Assembly: GCA_965215365.1 (NCBI GenBank)
Contig: CBDCDS010000003.1
Span: forward strand, 1,696,001-1,760,000
DNA length: 64,000 nt
Direction: 5' to 3'
Source of the DNA: Gammaproteobacteria bacterium
GTDB taxonomy: Bacteria > Pseudomonadota > Gammaproteobacteria > Eutrophobiales > Eutrophobiaceae
In this document: positions 20,979-30,582 of the stretch, in pieces
How the letters are laid out: each line of letters begins with the position of its first letter
Position numbering within the stretch: position 1 is the stretch's first letter
Program-made: the position numbers and the translations under genes
The notes under the pieces: generated by a model
Seen by the model: the letters and a program-made list of their open reading frames with translations, nothing else
What the model was told of the DNA's origin: nothing
Databases searched by the model: none

Positions 20979-23043
20979 ATCTCGACTGGTAAGAATGACT
21001 GTTCAGCACCGGCAACGCGCCCAGGTCGATCGGGCCTTCCCGTACCAACCGCTGCTGACGGGTTTTTAGCCCCTGGCGGTGGCGCGCATACACGCCCAGC
21101 GCCCACAGCGGGAAATAGTGGCTGTAGCCGTGATAGCGCAAATAGAACACCCGCGGAAAGCCGGTGCCGGTAAAAGCCTGTTCCTGCCAGCCCTTGGCGT
21201 TGTCGAAATTACGCGTCAGGTAATGGATGCCTTGTACCACTGCTGCTGATTCAGCCTCGCCCATTGCCATCAGTCCCAGTAGCGCCCAAGCCGTTTGCGA
21301 GGGCGTACTGTCTCCCGAGCCGCCCAGCGTGGCGTCGTCATAGCTGTCACAGCGCTCACCCCAGCCACCATCACTGTTCTGGATGGCCTGTAACCAGTTT
21401 ACGGTCTTGCGCAGGTAAGGTTGCTTCGGGTCCTCGCCCAGCGCACCCAGGGCCACCAGCACTGCCCAGGTGCCGTAGATATAGTTGACGCCCCAGCGCC
21501 CGAACCAGGCGCCGCAGGGTTCCTGGTCGCGTTGCAGGAATTCGAGGCCGCGGGCGATGGGCGGGAAGGTCTTGTCATAGCCGAGCATGGCCAGCATTTC
21601 AATGCAGCGCCCGGTCAGGTCGGCGGTGCTGGGGTCAACCAGCGCGCCGTGGTCTGCAAACGGGATATTATTCAGATACTCATAATGGTTGTCGATATCG
21701 AACGCGCCCCAACCGCCGTCGCGGTTCTGCATGCCGATAGTCCAGTTCACCGCCTGGGCAATGCGCTTTTTGCGGTCGGGGTTACGGTGGGCGCCGGCGC
21801 GCAGCAGTGCCATGACTACCATGCTGGTGTCATCGACATCCGGGTAGAAATCATTTTCAAACTGGAACGCCCAGCCGCCGCCTTCCAGGTCCGGCGCCTT
21901 GCTGATCCAGTCGCCACGGGTAAATACCTGCTTGTCAAACAGCCAGTCCACGGCCGGTTTCACCGCCTTGTGGTCCGTGTTGAGGCCGGCTTCGGACAGG
22001 GCCGACAGGCTCAGGCAGGTGTCCCAGATGGGAGAGACACAGGGCTGCACATAGGTCTGTACTGCGTCTTCAATAACCAGATCTTCTATGGCCTGTACGC
22101 CGCGTTGCAGGTCCGGGTCGTTCAGGTCACAGCCGAGCAGTTTGAGCGCGTAAACCGCATTGGCCATGGCCGGGAAAATTGCGCCGATGCCGCCCTCGCC
22201 ACGCATGTGTGCCCGCATCCAGGTTTCCAGCCGGCGCATGGACAGCCGTCGGATAAAGCCCGGCACCAGCGGTTCCAGCAGTTTGAACAGGCGGTCGAAG
22301 AGGATGAATGTATTCTTGACGTGGTTGCCGGGGCTGAATTGATCGATATGTTTCAGCGTGTCCGGGTCTTTGTTGAACAATTCCCTGAGGTTCGTGCCGT
22401 GATGCACCGGCCGCTGTGAGAAGATCAGCAACAGCGGGATGATCACGCAACGTGACCAGTAGGACACCTTGTCCAGGTTGAACACCCACCAGCGCGGCAG
22501 CCAGACAATCTCCGCCAGCATGGCCGGCACGGTGCGCCAGGGCAGCTGGCCGAAGGTGGCCAGCAGGATGCGGGTGAACACGTTCACCCGCTCGGCGCCG
22601 CCGTTATTACGCACCCAGACACACGCCCGTTGCAGGGCATCTTCAGCGGGTTCATGGCCGACTGTTTTCAACGCGAAGTAGGCCTTGACGGTGGCGCTGA
22701 TATTACCGGCGCCGCCTTCGTACAAGGGCCAGCTGCCGTCGGGCAGTTGCCGGCTGAGAATATAATCGGCCAGCCGCCGCTCGCGCGCCGGGTCCACCGT
22801 GTCGAGCAGGTGCTGCAGCAAAATATATTCCGCGGGGATAGTAGTATCCGCCTCCAGGTCAAAGCGCCAGTAACCGGCCTCAGACTGGCGTTGCAGCAAT
22901 GCCGTGCCAGACTGCAGCAGCGTTGCAGCCACCGGCTCGCGGGGTAGGGCCGGGACCTCGGCCTCCTCCCGTTGCAGGAGACGAGTTGCAAACAATTCTC
23001 CAAGCGCGGGTGAAGTGACAGTTGCCGTAAGTTGTTGAGACAT
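20968..23043 (-). CDS. shc: Squalene-hopene cyclase
   Basis: Catalytic YPDVDDT (DXDD) motif, QW repeats (QLPDGSW, QNRDGGW, QNSDGGW), WFGRWGVNYIYGT, GTGFPRVFYLRY. Confidence 0.96.
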   Translation of the reverse strand: MSQQLTATVTSPALGELFATRLLQREEAEVPALPREPVAATLLQSGTALLQRQSEAGYWRFDLEADTTIPAEYILLQHLLDTVDPARERRLADYILSRQLPDGSWPLYEGGAGNISATVKAYFALKTVGHEPAEDALQRACVWVRNNGGAERVNVFTRILLATFGQLPWRTVPAMLAEIVWLPRWWVFNLDKVSYWSRCVIIPLLLIFSQRPVHHGTNLRELFNKDPDTLKHIDQFSPGNHVKNTFILFDRLFKLLEPLVPGFIRRLSMRRLETWMRAHMRGEGGIGAIFPAMANAVYALKLLGCDLNDPDLQRGVQAIEDLVIEDAVQTYVQPCVSPIWDTCLSLSALSEAGLNTDHKAVKPAVDWLFDKQVFTRGDWISKAPDLEGGGWAFQFENDFYPDVDDTSMVVMALLRAGAHRNPDRKKRIAQAVNWTIGMQNRDGGWGAFDIDNHYEYLNNIPFADHGALVDPSTADLTGRCIEMLAMLGYDKTFPPIARGLEFLQRDQEPCGAWFGRWGVNYIYGTWAVLVALGALGEDPKQPYLRKTVNWLQAIQNSDGGWGERCDSYDDATLGGSGDSTPSQTAWALLGLMAMGEAESAAVVQGIHYLTRNFDNAKGWQEQAFTGTGFPRVFYLRYHGYSHYFPLWALGVYARHRQGLKTRQQRLVREGPIDLGALPVLNSHSYQSRFAS

Positions 23044-23279
23044 GATTCCTGCTTTGGGAGGATGCTAAACGGCCGATTCTAATTTATCCTGTTAAGTTTG
23101 CAAGTGATTTTTTGTTGTGCAAAATTCGCCTTGCGTCCGGCGTTATTCGTGGTTACACTCTGTAATCAGATTGGAGGCGCCGTTTTATGCCGCGCCCTCG
23201 ACCGATAACGGCTGCCGTGGTAGCTCTCAGTAGCAAGGCGCTTTATGGAACAACCGGATACCCCATGGAGGTCAACCAC

Positions 23280-23729
23280 ATGGAAACAACGATGAACGAG
23301 CTGCTCCCCGACAAAGCCGCCGCCACTGCCGGCGCCCCGCAACCGGACGCTGCGCCCCGCACCACGCCTCGCACAGGTCGTTCGGGCGATGATGTAGTGC
23401 GCTGGGCTGAGTTCCGACTGGCGGTGTGGGCAGGGGCCTTTGCTCTGACTGTCCTTATCAGCAGCCAGGGTTTGTTGTACTCGGCCATTCTGAGCTTGAA
23501 AGACGACATGGGTATCCTGCGCGCAGAAATTGGTGTCTTGCGTGCAGACATGCAAACACAGTTTGGCGAGATGCGCGCAGATATGCAAACACAGTTTGGC
23601 CAACTGCGTGCAGATATGCAGCAACAGTTCGGCGAACTGCGTGCAGAAGTACAAGAACTGCGCGAGCGCATAGTCAGGATAGATGCCCACCTGGGCATAG
23701 GTAGCGCTGCTGCAGATAAGGGCAACTGA
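23280..23729 (+). CDS. Membrane-anchored coiled-coil protein with 11-aa repeats
   Basis: One TM segment (LAVWAGAFALTVLIS), then LRADMQTQFGE-type 33-bp tandem repeats (about 23539-23650); GGAGG RBS before ATG 23280. Confidence 0.65.
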   Translation: METTMNELLPDKAAATAGAPQPDAAPRTTPRTGRSGDDVVRWAEFRLAVWAGAFALTVLISSQGLLYSAILSLKDDMGILRAEIGVLRADMQTQFGEMRADMQTQFGQLRADMQQQFGELRAEVQELRERIVRIDAHLGIGSAAADKGN

Positions 23730-23978
23730 CCGATCAAGGTGCTTTCCAATACTGGAATAAGTCCGAAGCAGAGAGGCTCTGCCCCGGTCTCAAGCTCGTA
23801 GTGTATGCCGGGGGGCTGGGCCTGTCGGCCTGCGGCCAATGCTTGACTATATCCGGCAATGTCGTATGTTTGTTGCGCGACATTCAAGCGGCAGGCATCA
23901 GCTGAGCATTAACCGGGCACCCGCCGTGACACCTGCTCCGACTATCCCCGAAATCAAGACACTCAGGTAACACTACCC

Positions 23979-24740
23979 ATGCTGGCAGTTGCAACAACCA
24001 ACCCCATAGACATCCGGCGCGAGCAGGTATTTTTGCTGTTGGCCGGATTTTTTCTGTGTGCTATGACCTTGCTCAATGTGATCGGCATCACTCGCTTCGT
24101 GGAGCTGGGGCCGCTGTCCCTGGCGGTGGGGGTGTTGCCTTATCCGTTGACATTCCTGTGCACCGATCTGGTGAGTGAGCTGTACGGAAAACGCCGCGCC
24201 ACGTTCCTGGTGACGGTGGGTCTGCTCCTGAATATCTTCATTATTGTTGTACTCACTGTCGCTAACTACCTGCCGTCAGTCAGACCCGACACCATGCCGC
24301 CGTGGCAGCTGCTGGAACTGGCGCAAGATGTAACCCTGCCCAGCGGTCAACTGGTGTCTGGCTCCGTCGAGCTGTTCCAACTGATCTATGCCTGTACTAC
24401 CGGGTCGGTGCTGGCATCCATGCTGGCCTACGTGGCGGCGCAGTACTGCGATGTGTACCTGTTCCATTTCTGGAAGCGCCTGACCAAGGGCCGCCACCTG
24501 TGGCTGCGCAACAACTGCAGCACGCTGATCAGTCAGGGAGTGGACTCATTTACGGTAGTCAGCATCACCTTCGGCGCCACCTTTCTGGCCGGCGCTATTT
24601 CGCTGAAGCAGTTACTGCTGCTGATGGGCAGCAACTACCTGTTCAAGATGCTGGTGACGCTATTTGACACCATCCCGCTGTATATCCTGGTGCATTACCT
24701 CAGACGTTACCTTGACTTGGAGGATGATTTGCAGGGGTGA
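23979..24740 (+). CDS. Queuosine precursor transporter (VUT/YhhQ family)
   Basis: GVLPYPLTFLCTDLVSELYG; ASMLAYVAAQYCDV..FH..K..T.G.HLWLRNN.STL.SQ..D; multiple TM segments. Confidence 0.9.
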   Translation: MLAVATTNPIDIRREQVFLLLAGFFLCAMTLLNVIGITRFVELGPLSLAVGVLPYPLTFLCTDLVSELYGKRRATFLVTVGLLLNIFIIVVLTVANYLPSVRPDTMPPWQLLELAQDVTLPSGQLVSGSVELFQLIYACTTGSVLASMLAYVAAQYCDVYLFHFWKRLTKGRHLWLRNNCSTLISQGVDSFTVVSITFGATFLAGAISLKQLLLLMGSNYLFKMLVTLFDTIPLYILVHYLRRYLDLEDDLQG

Positions 24741-24750
24741 GATCTGCGGG
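24736..24750 (-). repeat. IS-like end repeat, copy 2
   Basis: ggtgagatctgcggg followed by ttag. It contains the VUT-gene stop, and the flanking tta is the SDR stop. Confidence 0.65.
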
Positions 24751-25455
24751 TTAGCGTTCCAACTGCCCCAGGTTGGCCTGCACAACGGCACCGTTCATAA
24801 CCGGATGGGTAGCACAGAAATACAGGGTTTCGGCAATTTCCACCGGGTCAATCAGGCGCCCCATGGTGGTTTTTTGCGCCAGCTCGGCCAGGGCCGCAGC
24901 GTTGTGAGCGGCCAGCTTGCGTAACATGTCCGTTTCGGTGAGGCCCGGACAAATACAGGCAGTATGAATGCCGCTGCCGGCCAGGTCCTGGCAGGTGGCG
25001 CGCATCAGTCCTGCGAGGGCGTGTTTGGAGACGCTGTATGAACAGGTATTGGCCACCGCTTTTACGCTCAACGTCGAGCCGACATAGAGCACGGCGGAGC
25101 CCGGTTCCATCAACGGCAACAGCAGCCGGTTCAACTGCACCGGCGCGACCAGATTGATTTGCAATACCTGTCGCAACGCCGCTGCGGTCAGGTCCGAGGC
25201 CGAGTCTGTGTCCAGCAGCGCCGCGTTGTGAACCAGGACGATAGGTTGTTGATGCGGGATGAGCGCGTGTAACTCTGCCGCGGCGGCCTGGTCCCAGTCC
25301 GGTTCACTCAGGTCAACCGTCAGGTTCACCACGTCCTCCGGCGGCGCTGGAGAGCGGGAAAGGTTAATGATTCGGTAACCCTGTTCCCGAAACAGTTCAG
25401 TCGCCGCCAGACCAATCCCCTTGCTGCCGCCGGTAATAATCAAATTTTTTGTCAT
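24751..25455 (-). CDS. Short-chain dehydrogenase/reductase
   Basis: TGGSKGIG, HNAA, YSVSK catalytic motif, CPGLTETDM. Confidence 0.92.
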   Translation of the reverse strand: MTKNLIITGGSKGIGLAATELFREQGYRIINLSRSPAPPEDVVNLTVDLSEPDWDQAAAAELHALIPHQQPIVLVHNAALLDTDSASDLTAAALRQVLQINLVAPVQLNRLLLPLMEPGSAVLYVGSTLSVKAVANTCSYSVSKHALAGLMRATCQDLAGSGIHTACICPGLTETDMLRKLAAHNAAALAELAQKTTMGRLIDPVEIAETLYFCATHPVMNGAVVQANLGQLER

Positions 25456-25462
25456 ATTCTAA

Positions 25463-25640
25463 CCCGCATATCTCACCAGGTCGCTTCAAGGGCACCTCTA
25501 AAAATTAGAGGTGCCCGTGCAGCATAAGGACATGCTGCCATTTTTAAGCACGTAAGTGCTTGAAAATGAAGGAAATGAAAAATCATACTTTTTCATTTCC
25601 GTCTCTAAAAATACCACGGAGGGTATTTTTAGAGGTTACC
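25463..25640. repeat. IS-like end repeat (25463-25486) fused to a long multi-hairpin MITE copy (25490-25640)
   Basis: ctaa|cccgcatatctcaccaggtcgctt, then an inverted near-copy of 14216-14366. Confidence 0.85.
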
Positions 25641-26141
25641 TCAAGACTTTCCACCCTCTGCAGTCCAACTGGCCGAGCCCCATTGTCCCGGCCCTGAAGA
25701 TACCTTAAGAACGATTGCGCTGACGGTATCGGCGACAAAAAATGCGTTATCCTCCACCAGACGGGATAACAGGTAATGTGCGTACTCTTCCACCGTGGTG
25801 TTGCGTAACGGCAGCAGTTTCGTATCCTTCCCGGCGAAATACAAGGTCTCGTCATTGAAGTTGACCACGTACCGTCCGTCATTCTCAACGATCTTCAGGT
25901 ATGGGGAATGCGCCGGCAGCAAGGTGTATTCATCCAGTTCCCGGCATAACGCCCTGAGGCGGGATTTCAACCCGGTGTAGTTGAAACACATCCCGTTCTC
26001 ATCCACCGGCGCGGTCACGGCCACGCGCACCCCGAAGTTGTGACCATGCAGACGTTCACGTTCGGTGGCCGAGAAGATGGTGAAATGGGCGGCGGAAAAC
26101 TTCAGGTCTTCCTTGCTGATTTCAATGGTGGTAATACTCAT
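25641..26141 (-). CDS. 6-pyruvoyl-/6-carboxy-tetrahydropterin synthase family protein (QueD-like)
   Basis: FSAAHF, ERLHGHNF, NTTVEE tunnel-fold motifs. Confidence 0.88.
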   Translation of the reverse strand: MSITTIEISKEDLKFSAAHFTIFSATERERLHGHNFGVRVAVTAPVDENGMCFNYTGLKSRLRALCRELDEYTLLPAHSPYLKIVENDGRYVVNFNDETLYFAGKDTKLLPLRNTTVEEYAHYLLSRLVEDNAFFVADTVSAIVLKVSSGPGQWGSASWTAEGGKS

Positions 26142-26254
26142 CCTGCGCGGTTTCGTAACGGTTTGCCGGTTGCTCGTGGTAATACAAGCTGAAAATTAAA
26201 GGTTGCCACACTCCTTATACCACACCTTGCCGTCCGATATACGGTAATATGGTG

Positions 26255-26296
26255 CTATGCTGCACGGGTGCCTCGTGTTTGTGAGAGGTGCCCGTG
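26255..26296. repeat. Partial multi-hairpin MITE (hairpin A variant)
   Basis: ctatgctgcacgggtgcctcgtgtttgtgagaggtgcccgtg matches 6361-6400. Confidence 0.7.
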
Positions 26297-26332
26297 TGGT
26301 GATAACTCACTATTCCGGTAGATAAAACGGTA

Positions 26333-27418
26333 ATGACTGTATCTGTAACCCCCAAAGTCGGGGTGATATTCAAATCCTACGAACCGTTGGCGTCCATGCA
26401 GGCGTACGCGCGCCAGACTGAACAATCCGACCTGATGGGTGGGTTCTGGATTGCCGAGGCCTACCACTGGTTCCGCCAGTACGGGCTGGAAGCGCGCGGT
26501 TGCTTCACCACGCTGGCCGCAGTGAGCATGGCGACTGCCAAAATACCCGTCGGGCTTGGCATCACGTCGCCATATATGCGCCATCCCACCATACAGGCGT
26601 CTGAGGCCGCGGCCATAGACGAGCTGTCCGGTGGACGTTTCATCATGGGCATCGGCGTGGGCAAGGTAGGTATTGAGTACCTGGAATACGACATCGAAAA
26701 ACTGCGGCCGGTAGGTGTCCACCGCGAGTCCATCGAGATCATGCGCAAGGTGTTTGCCGGAGAAGCCTACCAGTACCAGGGGAAATATTTCGAGTCATCC
26801 ATGCCGGCGTTTGACCGCACCGGCGCCGGTCTGCGCACTGAAATACCGATCTATGTGGGCGCTACCGGGCCGTTCATGCAAAAGCTCAGCGGTAGTGACA
26901 GCGACGGCATGTTGCTGGCGGGTTTGACGTCGCCGGCATTCGTCAAATATGCCCGCGCCAACATGGCGGCCGGTGCCGAAAAGGCCGGGCGCGCGCTGCC
27001 GTCGGACTTTCCGGTGGGCGGCGTAATCCTGTGCGCCTGTTCCCGCGACGGTGACAGGGCGCGCGCCGCCACCCGCCCCTATACGGGCACCTACGTGGTC
27101 AACAAGATCAGGAATATCAAGAATGACGTGATTCTGGCCGGTTCGGGTCTGCCGGATTCCGCCTGGGAGCCGTTTCGCCAGGCCATCGCAGACGGCACTC
27201 AGGACAAAGTCGCCCGGTACGTAACCGACGAGATGATGCGCAAGTTCACCGTGATCTCCGGTACGCCGGAAGACTGTCTGGAGATCACTCAGGAACTGGT
27301 GGATGCGGGCTTGAACCTGCCGTTGCTGGAGGTGGTCGGTGCCAGCGAAGCCGATAATCTGGAGACCATCCGCCTCATGGGCGAGGAGGTCGTGCCCGGA
27401 CTGAGGCCGGCGGCATGA
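26333..27418 (+). CDS. Luciferase-like (LLM) oxidoreductase, possibly F420-dependent
   Basis: FWIAE, LGITSPYMRHP..A..AA.IDELSGGRF.MGIGVG, IPIYVGATGP.M. Confidence 0.85.
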   Translation: MTVSVTPKVGVIFKSYEPLASMQAYARQTEQSDLMGGFWIAEAYHWFRQYGLEARGCFTTLAAVSMATAKIPVGLGITSPYMRHPTIQASEAAAIDELSGGRFIMGIGVGKVGIEYLEYDIEKLRPVGVHRESIEIMRKVFAGEAYQYQGKYFESSMPAFDRTGAGLRTEIPIYVGATGPFMQKLSGSDSDGMLLAGLTSPAFVKYARANMAAGAEKAGRALPSDFPVGGVILCACSRDGDRARAATRPYTGTYVVNKIRNIKNDVILAGSGLPDSAWEPFRQAIADGTQDKVARYVTDEMMRKFTVISGTPEDCLEITQELVDAGLNLPLLEVVGASEADNLETIRLMGEEVVPGLRPAA

Positions 27419-27450
27419 TGACTTAAAATTGAGCATGGACGGAAAAAACC

Positions 27451-28368
27451 ATGAAATTAGCAACATTTGACATCAACCGCAGTGGCAAGCGCACCATAGG
27501 TGTGCACCATAACGGCGCCTACGTGGATCTGGTTGCCCGCTCCGGCGGTACGTTGCCGGCGGACATGATCGAGTTTCTCCAGGGTGGCCCGGTGCTTATG
27601 GAGCAGGCCCGCAGCCTGTTGGACGGGGTCGAAGGTGGCACCGACCAGCACGTTTACGCAGAAGATGAAATAACTCTGCAATCGCCGCTGCCGTTGCCCG
27701 GCAAGATCGTGCATACCTCCTGCAATTTCGGTTCTCATCTGCAGGAGCTGACCACCTGGAAAGACCCGGTATGGGAGTCCCATAACTGGGGTGATTTCCA
27801 CTTCGAACACCCCACCGGCTTTTTGGAAGCGCCCTCATCCGTGGTGCCCAGCGGCGCAGCGGTTGAGATACCGGTATTCACCCGGCAACTGGACTACGAG
27901 ATCGAGATCGCTATCATCATCGGCAAGGAGGCTTACCGGGTCGGGGTCGAGGAAGCGTTTGATTACGTGGCAGGTTATACCATCTTCAACGACTTGTCCG
28001 CCCGTGACATACAGGCGCGCGAGCATTCCAACAAGGTGATCCTGATGGGCAAGAGTTTCAAAGGCTCCTGCCCGCTGGGGCCGTGGCTGGTCACCCTCGA
28101 CGAACTGGACGACCCCCACGACCTGGATATGCAACTGCGCGTCAACGGCGAGGTGCGCCAGGATGCCAATACCGGGCAAATGCACTATAAGACCGCAGAA
28201 CTGGTCTCCTGGTGGTCGCACATGGGCCTGTACCCGGGCGACGTTATCACCAGCGGTTCGCCACCGGGCGTGGCCGCCGGCATGGCTGAATCCAAGTGGT
28301 TGCAAGCGGGCGACACGGTGGCTGCAACCATCGCCAGGCTGGGGACACTGACTACCCGCATCATCTGA
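27451..28368 (+). CDS. Fumarylacetoacetate hydrolase family protein
   Basis: LDYEIEIAIIIGK, GYTIFNDLSARD, GKSF..SCPLGP, PGDVITSGSPPG. Confidence 0.92.
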   Translation: MKLATFDINRSGKRTIGVHHNGAYVDLVARSGGTLPADMIEFLQGGPVLMEQARSLLDGVEGGTDQHVYAEDEITLQSPLPLPGKIVHTSCNFGSHLQELTTWKDPVWESHNWGDFHFEHPTGFLEAPSSVVPSGAAVEIPVFTRQLDYEIEIAIIIGKEAYRVGVEEAFDYVAGYTIFNDLSARDIQAREHSNKVILMGKSFKGSCPLGPWLVTLDELDDPHDLDMQLRVNGEVRQDANTGQMHYKTAELVSWWSHMGLYPGDVITSGSPPGVAAGMAESKWLQAGDTVAATIARLGTLTTRII

Positions 28369-28389
28369 TCTGTAAAGAAGGCATGAACA

Positions 28390-29676
28390 ATGAATACTGA
28401 AGTGAACAAGGCGCTGCCGGCCAAGGCCATAGCCAAAGCTATCGACCATATAGACCGCCAGCGTCTGGTAAAACTCGTTATGGACCTGGTGGACATCCCC
28501 AGTCCTACCGGTGAAGAGGAAGGTGTTGCCCGTGCCCTGCACGAGATTTTCGGCACGGCAGGTTTTGACTCCACGCTGCAACCCATCGGTGATGATCGCT
28601 ACAACGCCATCGCTCGCCTGCAAGGGGAGGGTGGCGGCAAATCCCTGATGTTCAACGGCCACTTGGATACCTCGTTTGGGCCGGAACAGGCGCATCGCGG
28701 TATCGGCTACCAGTGTAAGGCGACACTGGTCGATAACGAATGGATCTACGGCATGGGTTCGTTCAACATGAAGAGCGCCATGGGCACCTATATCGTCGCC
28801 ACGGAAGCGATCCGCAAGGCCGGTATCAAACTTGCTGGCGATGTGGTCATCGCCGGGGTCGCCGGTGAAATTGAAAAAGCGCCGGTGAATGACTTCGAGG
28901 GGCGGCAGTACCAGGGTTACGGCGTTGGCACCAAATTCGCAATCACCCACGGCGCAGTGGCTGATTTCTGCATCCTGGGCGAGCCCACCAACATGATGCT
29001 GATCCCGCGCCACTGCGGCACCACCTGGCTCAAGCTCACCGTGCCGGGCCGCCTGATCCATACCGCCTGGTCGAAGACGGAGACCAACGCCATCAACAAG
29101 GCGCGCAAGGTCTTAGAGGCCATCCATGACTGGATCCCCGGCTACTGCGAGCGCAATCAGGTGGACGATTTCCAGCCGCGGGTGAACGTCTCCGCCATCG
29201 AAGGCGGCTGGCCCTGGCGCGGCGCCAGAACCCCGGATAACTGCTGCATCTACATGGATGTCAGGACTGTTCCGGGCGTGATGCCAGTGCAGGTCTATAA
29301 CGAAGTACGCGCAGTTATTGCCGGGGTTGTCGAGGCCAATGAAGAATTGGCCGGCACCAAGGTGGAGATCTTCCTGTCCGCGCCCGGCACCTCCATCCCC
29401 GACGACCACGAACTGGTGCAGACTGTCATTCGCGCGCACACCGACCAGTTGGGACAGCCGCCGCAAATGGGCATGGAAACCTGGTACAGCGATGCCGCGC
29501 ACATGAATCGCTACGGCATACCCACGGTAAATTACGGCTCCGCCGGCCGCATCCGCACCACCGGCAGCGGCGGTTTCTCCACCGCCCAAGGCGAAGCAGT
29601 CCACATCGGCGACATGCTGGATATTATCAGAGTGTACATCCAGGCCATCCTGACGATCTGCGGCGTCGCGGAGTGA
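28390..29676 (+). CDS. M20/ArgE-DapE family amidohydrolase with atypical metal ligands
   Basis: IPSPTGEE, LMFNGHLDT, IYGMGSFNMK, GEPT, DAAHM..GIPTVNYG. Confidence 0.85.
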   Translation: MNTEVNKALPAKAIAKAIDHIDRQRLVKLVMDLVDIPSPTGEEEGVARALHEIFGTAGFDSTLQPIGDDRYNAIARLQGEGGGKSLMFNGHLDTSFGPEQAHRGIGYQCKATLVDNEWIYGMGSFNMKSAMGTYIVATEAIRKAGIKLAGDVVIAGVAGEIEKAPVNDFEGRQYQGYGVGTKFAITHGAVADFCILGEPTNMMLIPRHCGTTWLKLTVPGRLIHTAWSKTETNAINKARKVLEAIHDWIPGYCERNQVDDFQPRVNVSAIEGGWPWRGARTPDNCCIYMDVRTVPGVMPVQVYNEVRAVIAGVVEANEELAGTKVEIFLSAPGTSIPDDHELVQTVIRAHTDQLGQPPQMGMETWYSDAAHMNRYGIPTVNYGSAGRIRTTGSGGFSTAQGEAVHIGDMLDIIRVYIQAILTICGVAE

Positions 29677-29749
29677 TAGAGGAACCCGTGTGCTGGCGAA
29701 GACGGGTGTGCCACCCAGAATAGCCGGATTTCTGTCTATTACGGCATCA

Positions 29750-29776
29750 GGTCACCTCTAATTAATAGAGGTGACC
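29750..29776. repeat. Multi-hairpin MITE family, stand-alone terminal hairpin A
   Basis: ggtcacctcta-attaa-tagaggtgacc perfect inverted repeat. Confidence 0.75.
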
Positions 29777-29792
29777 TGTACATAACTGTCTT

Positions 29793-30095
29793 CTATTTTG
29801 ATGCTGCTGAAACTTCTCTCAAAATCCTTTGCGTCGATTCACGATCTTCGATCTCAAGATAGTCTTTGATCGCAGTAATCCCAATTGCTATTTCAGATAT
29901 AGCATCCTTCTGCCATTTCATCTGTTTATCTACGTCGCCGAATCGTTTATCTACGTCGCCGAATCGTTTATCTACGTCGTCGAATCGTTTATCTATGTCA
30001 TCGAATCGTTTATCTACGTCGTCGAATCGCCTATTGATTTGTTGCATTGCTTGTTGAAACTCTGCTTTTGTCAGTGCTTCGTTTGATGTTGACAT
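29793..30095 (-). CDS. Small coiled-coil protein with five RF(D/G)D(V/I)DK heptads
   Basis: 21-bp tandem repeats at about 29925-30030; GAGGT RBS upstream; lower GC. Confidence 0.75.
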   Translation of the reverse strand: MSTSNEALTKAEFQQAMQQINRRFDDVDKRFDDIDKRFDDVDKRFGDVDKRFGDVDKQMKWQKDAISEIAIGITAIKDYLEIEDRESTQRILREVSAASK

Positions 30096-30117
30096 GTCTC
30101 ATACCTCTTTTGGTTAC

Positions 30118-30379
30118 TTACCGCCTTTTCGGTGGCGCAAGCAAAGCCCACGCGATCAATTCGTTATGATCCAGTTCCAAGTAACGCTTATCATCAAAAG
30201 TCCTGTCGCAGCCCTGACACATCATACCGTTTTGCTCAAGCAGAAAGTCACACATAGCCTTAGGCTTGAGTAAAAGGGGGGTCGGTGGCAATCAAGTCAA
30301 CCGACTCGGAGTTCATGGCGCGCATGAAATCCAGATTGTCTCCATGAAACAGCGTCCGATTTTTGAAGTTGGCATCCAT
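30118..30379 (-). pseudogene. Remnant of a DNA amino-methyltransferase-HNH fusion gene
   Basis: Not in the ORF track. MDANFKNRTLFHGDNLDFMRAMNSESVDLIATDPPF (motif IV) is joined out of frame to MCDFLLEQNGMMCQGCDRTFDDKRYLELDHN (start of an HNH zinc-finger). Confidence 0.8.
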
Positions 30380-30582
30380 GCTACAATGCTACTGTACGAT
30401 TAAAGGAATCTCAATTTTTCTTTGGTAGCTCAAACAAACCCGGAACCAAAATGATAAGTGTCAACAAATGAACAAATCAAACCTCAGCAACACCTTACTG
30501 AAATTCATAATGGATAACATCAATAAAGAAAACTTTCCAGGTCTTGGTTTTCACTGTTCAAATCAGCTCATCCTGTACATCC

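Noticed and set aside
23733-23884. Possible radC N-terminal remnant on the minus strand (IVKHWPQADRP...QSLSASDL)
   Set aside because: The similarity is short and interrupted; it cannot be supported without a search.
23890-23978. preQ1 riboswitch upstream of the VUT transporter
   Set aside because: No recognisable preQ1 stem with an A-rich tail was found by eye; an Rfam scan would be decisive.
24736-25486. GTTAG/CTAAC motifs around the SDR gene as integron attC sites
   Set aside because: They do not fit GTTRRRY with a paired inverse core and L boxes, and no integron integrase is present; an IS-like end explains them better.
29925-30030. 21-bp tandem repeats as a possible CRISPR array
   Set aside because: The repeats are contiguous without spacers, encode in-frame heptads, and no cas genes are present.
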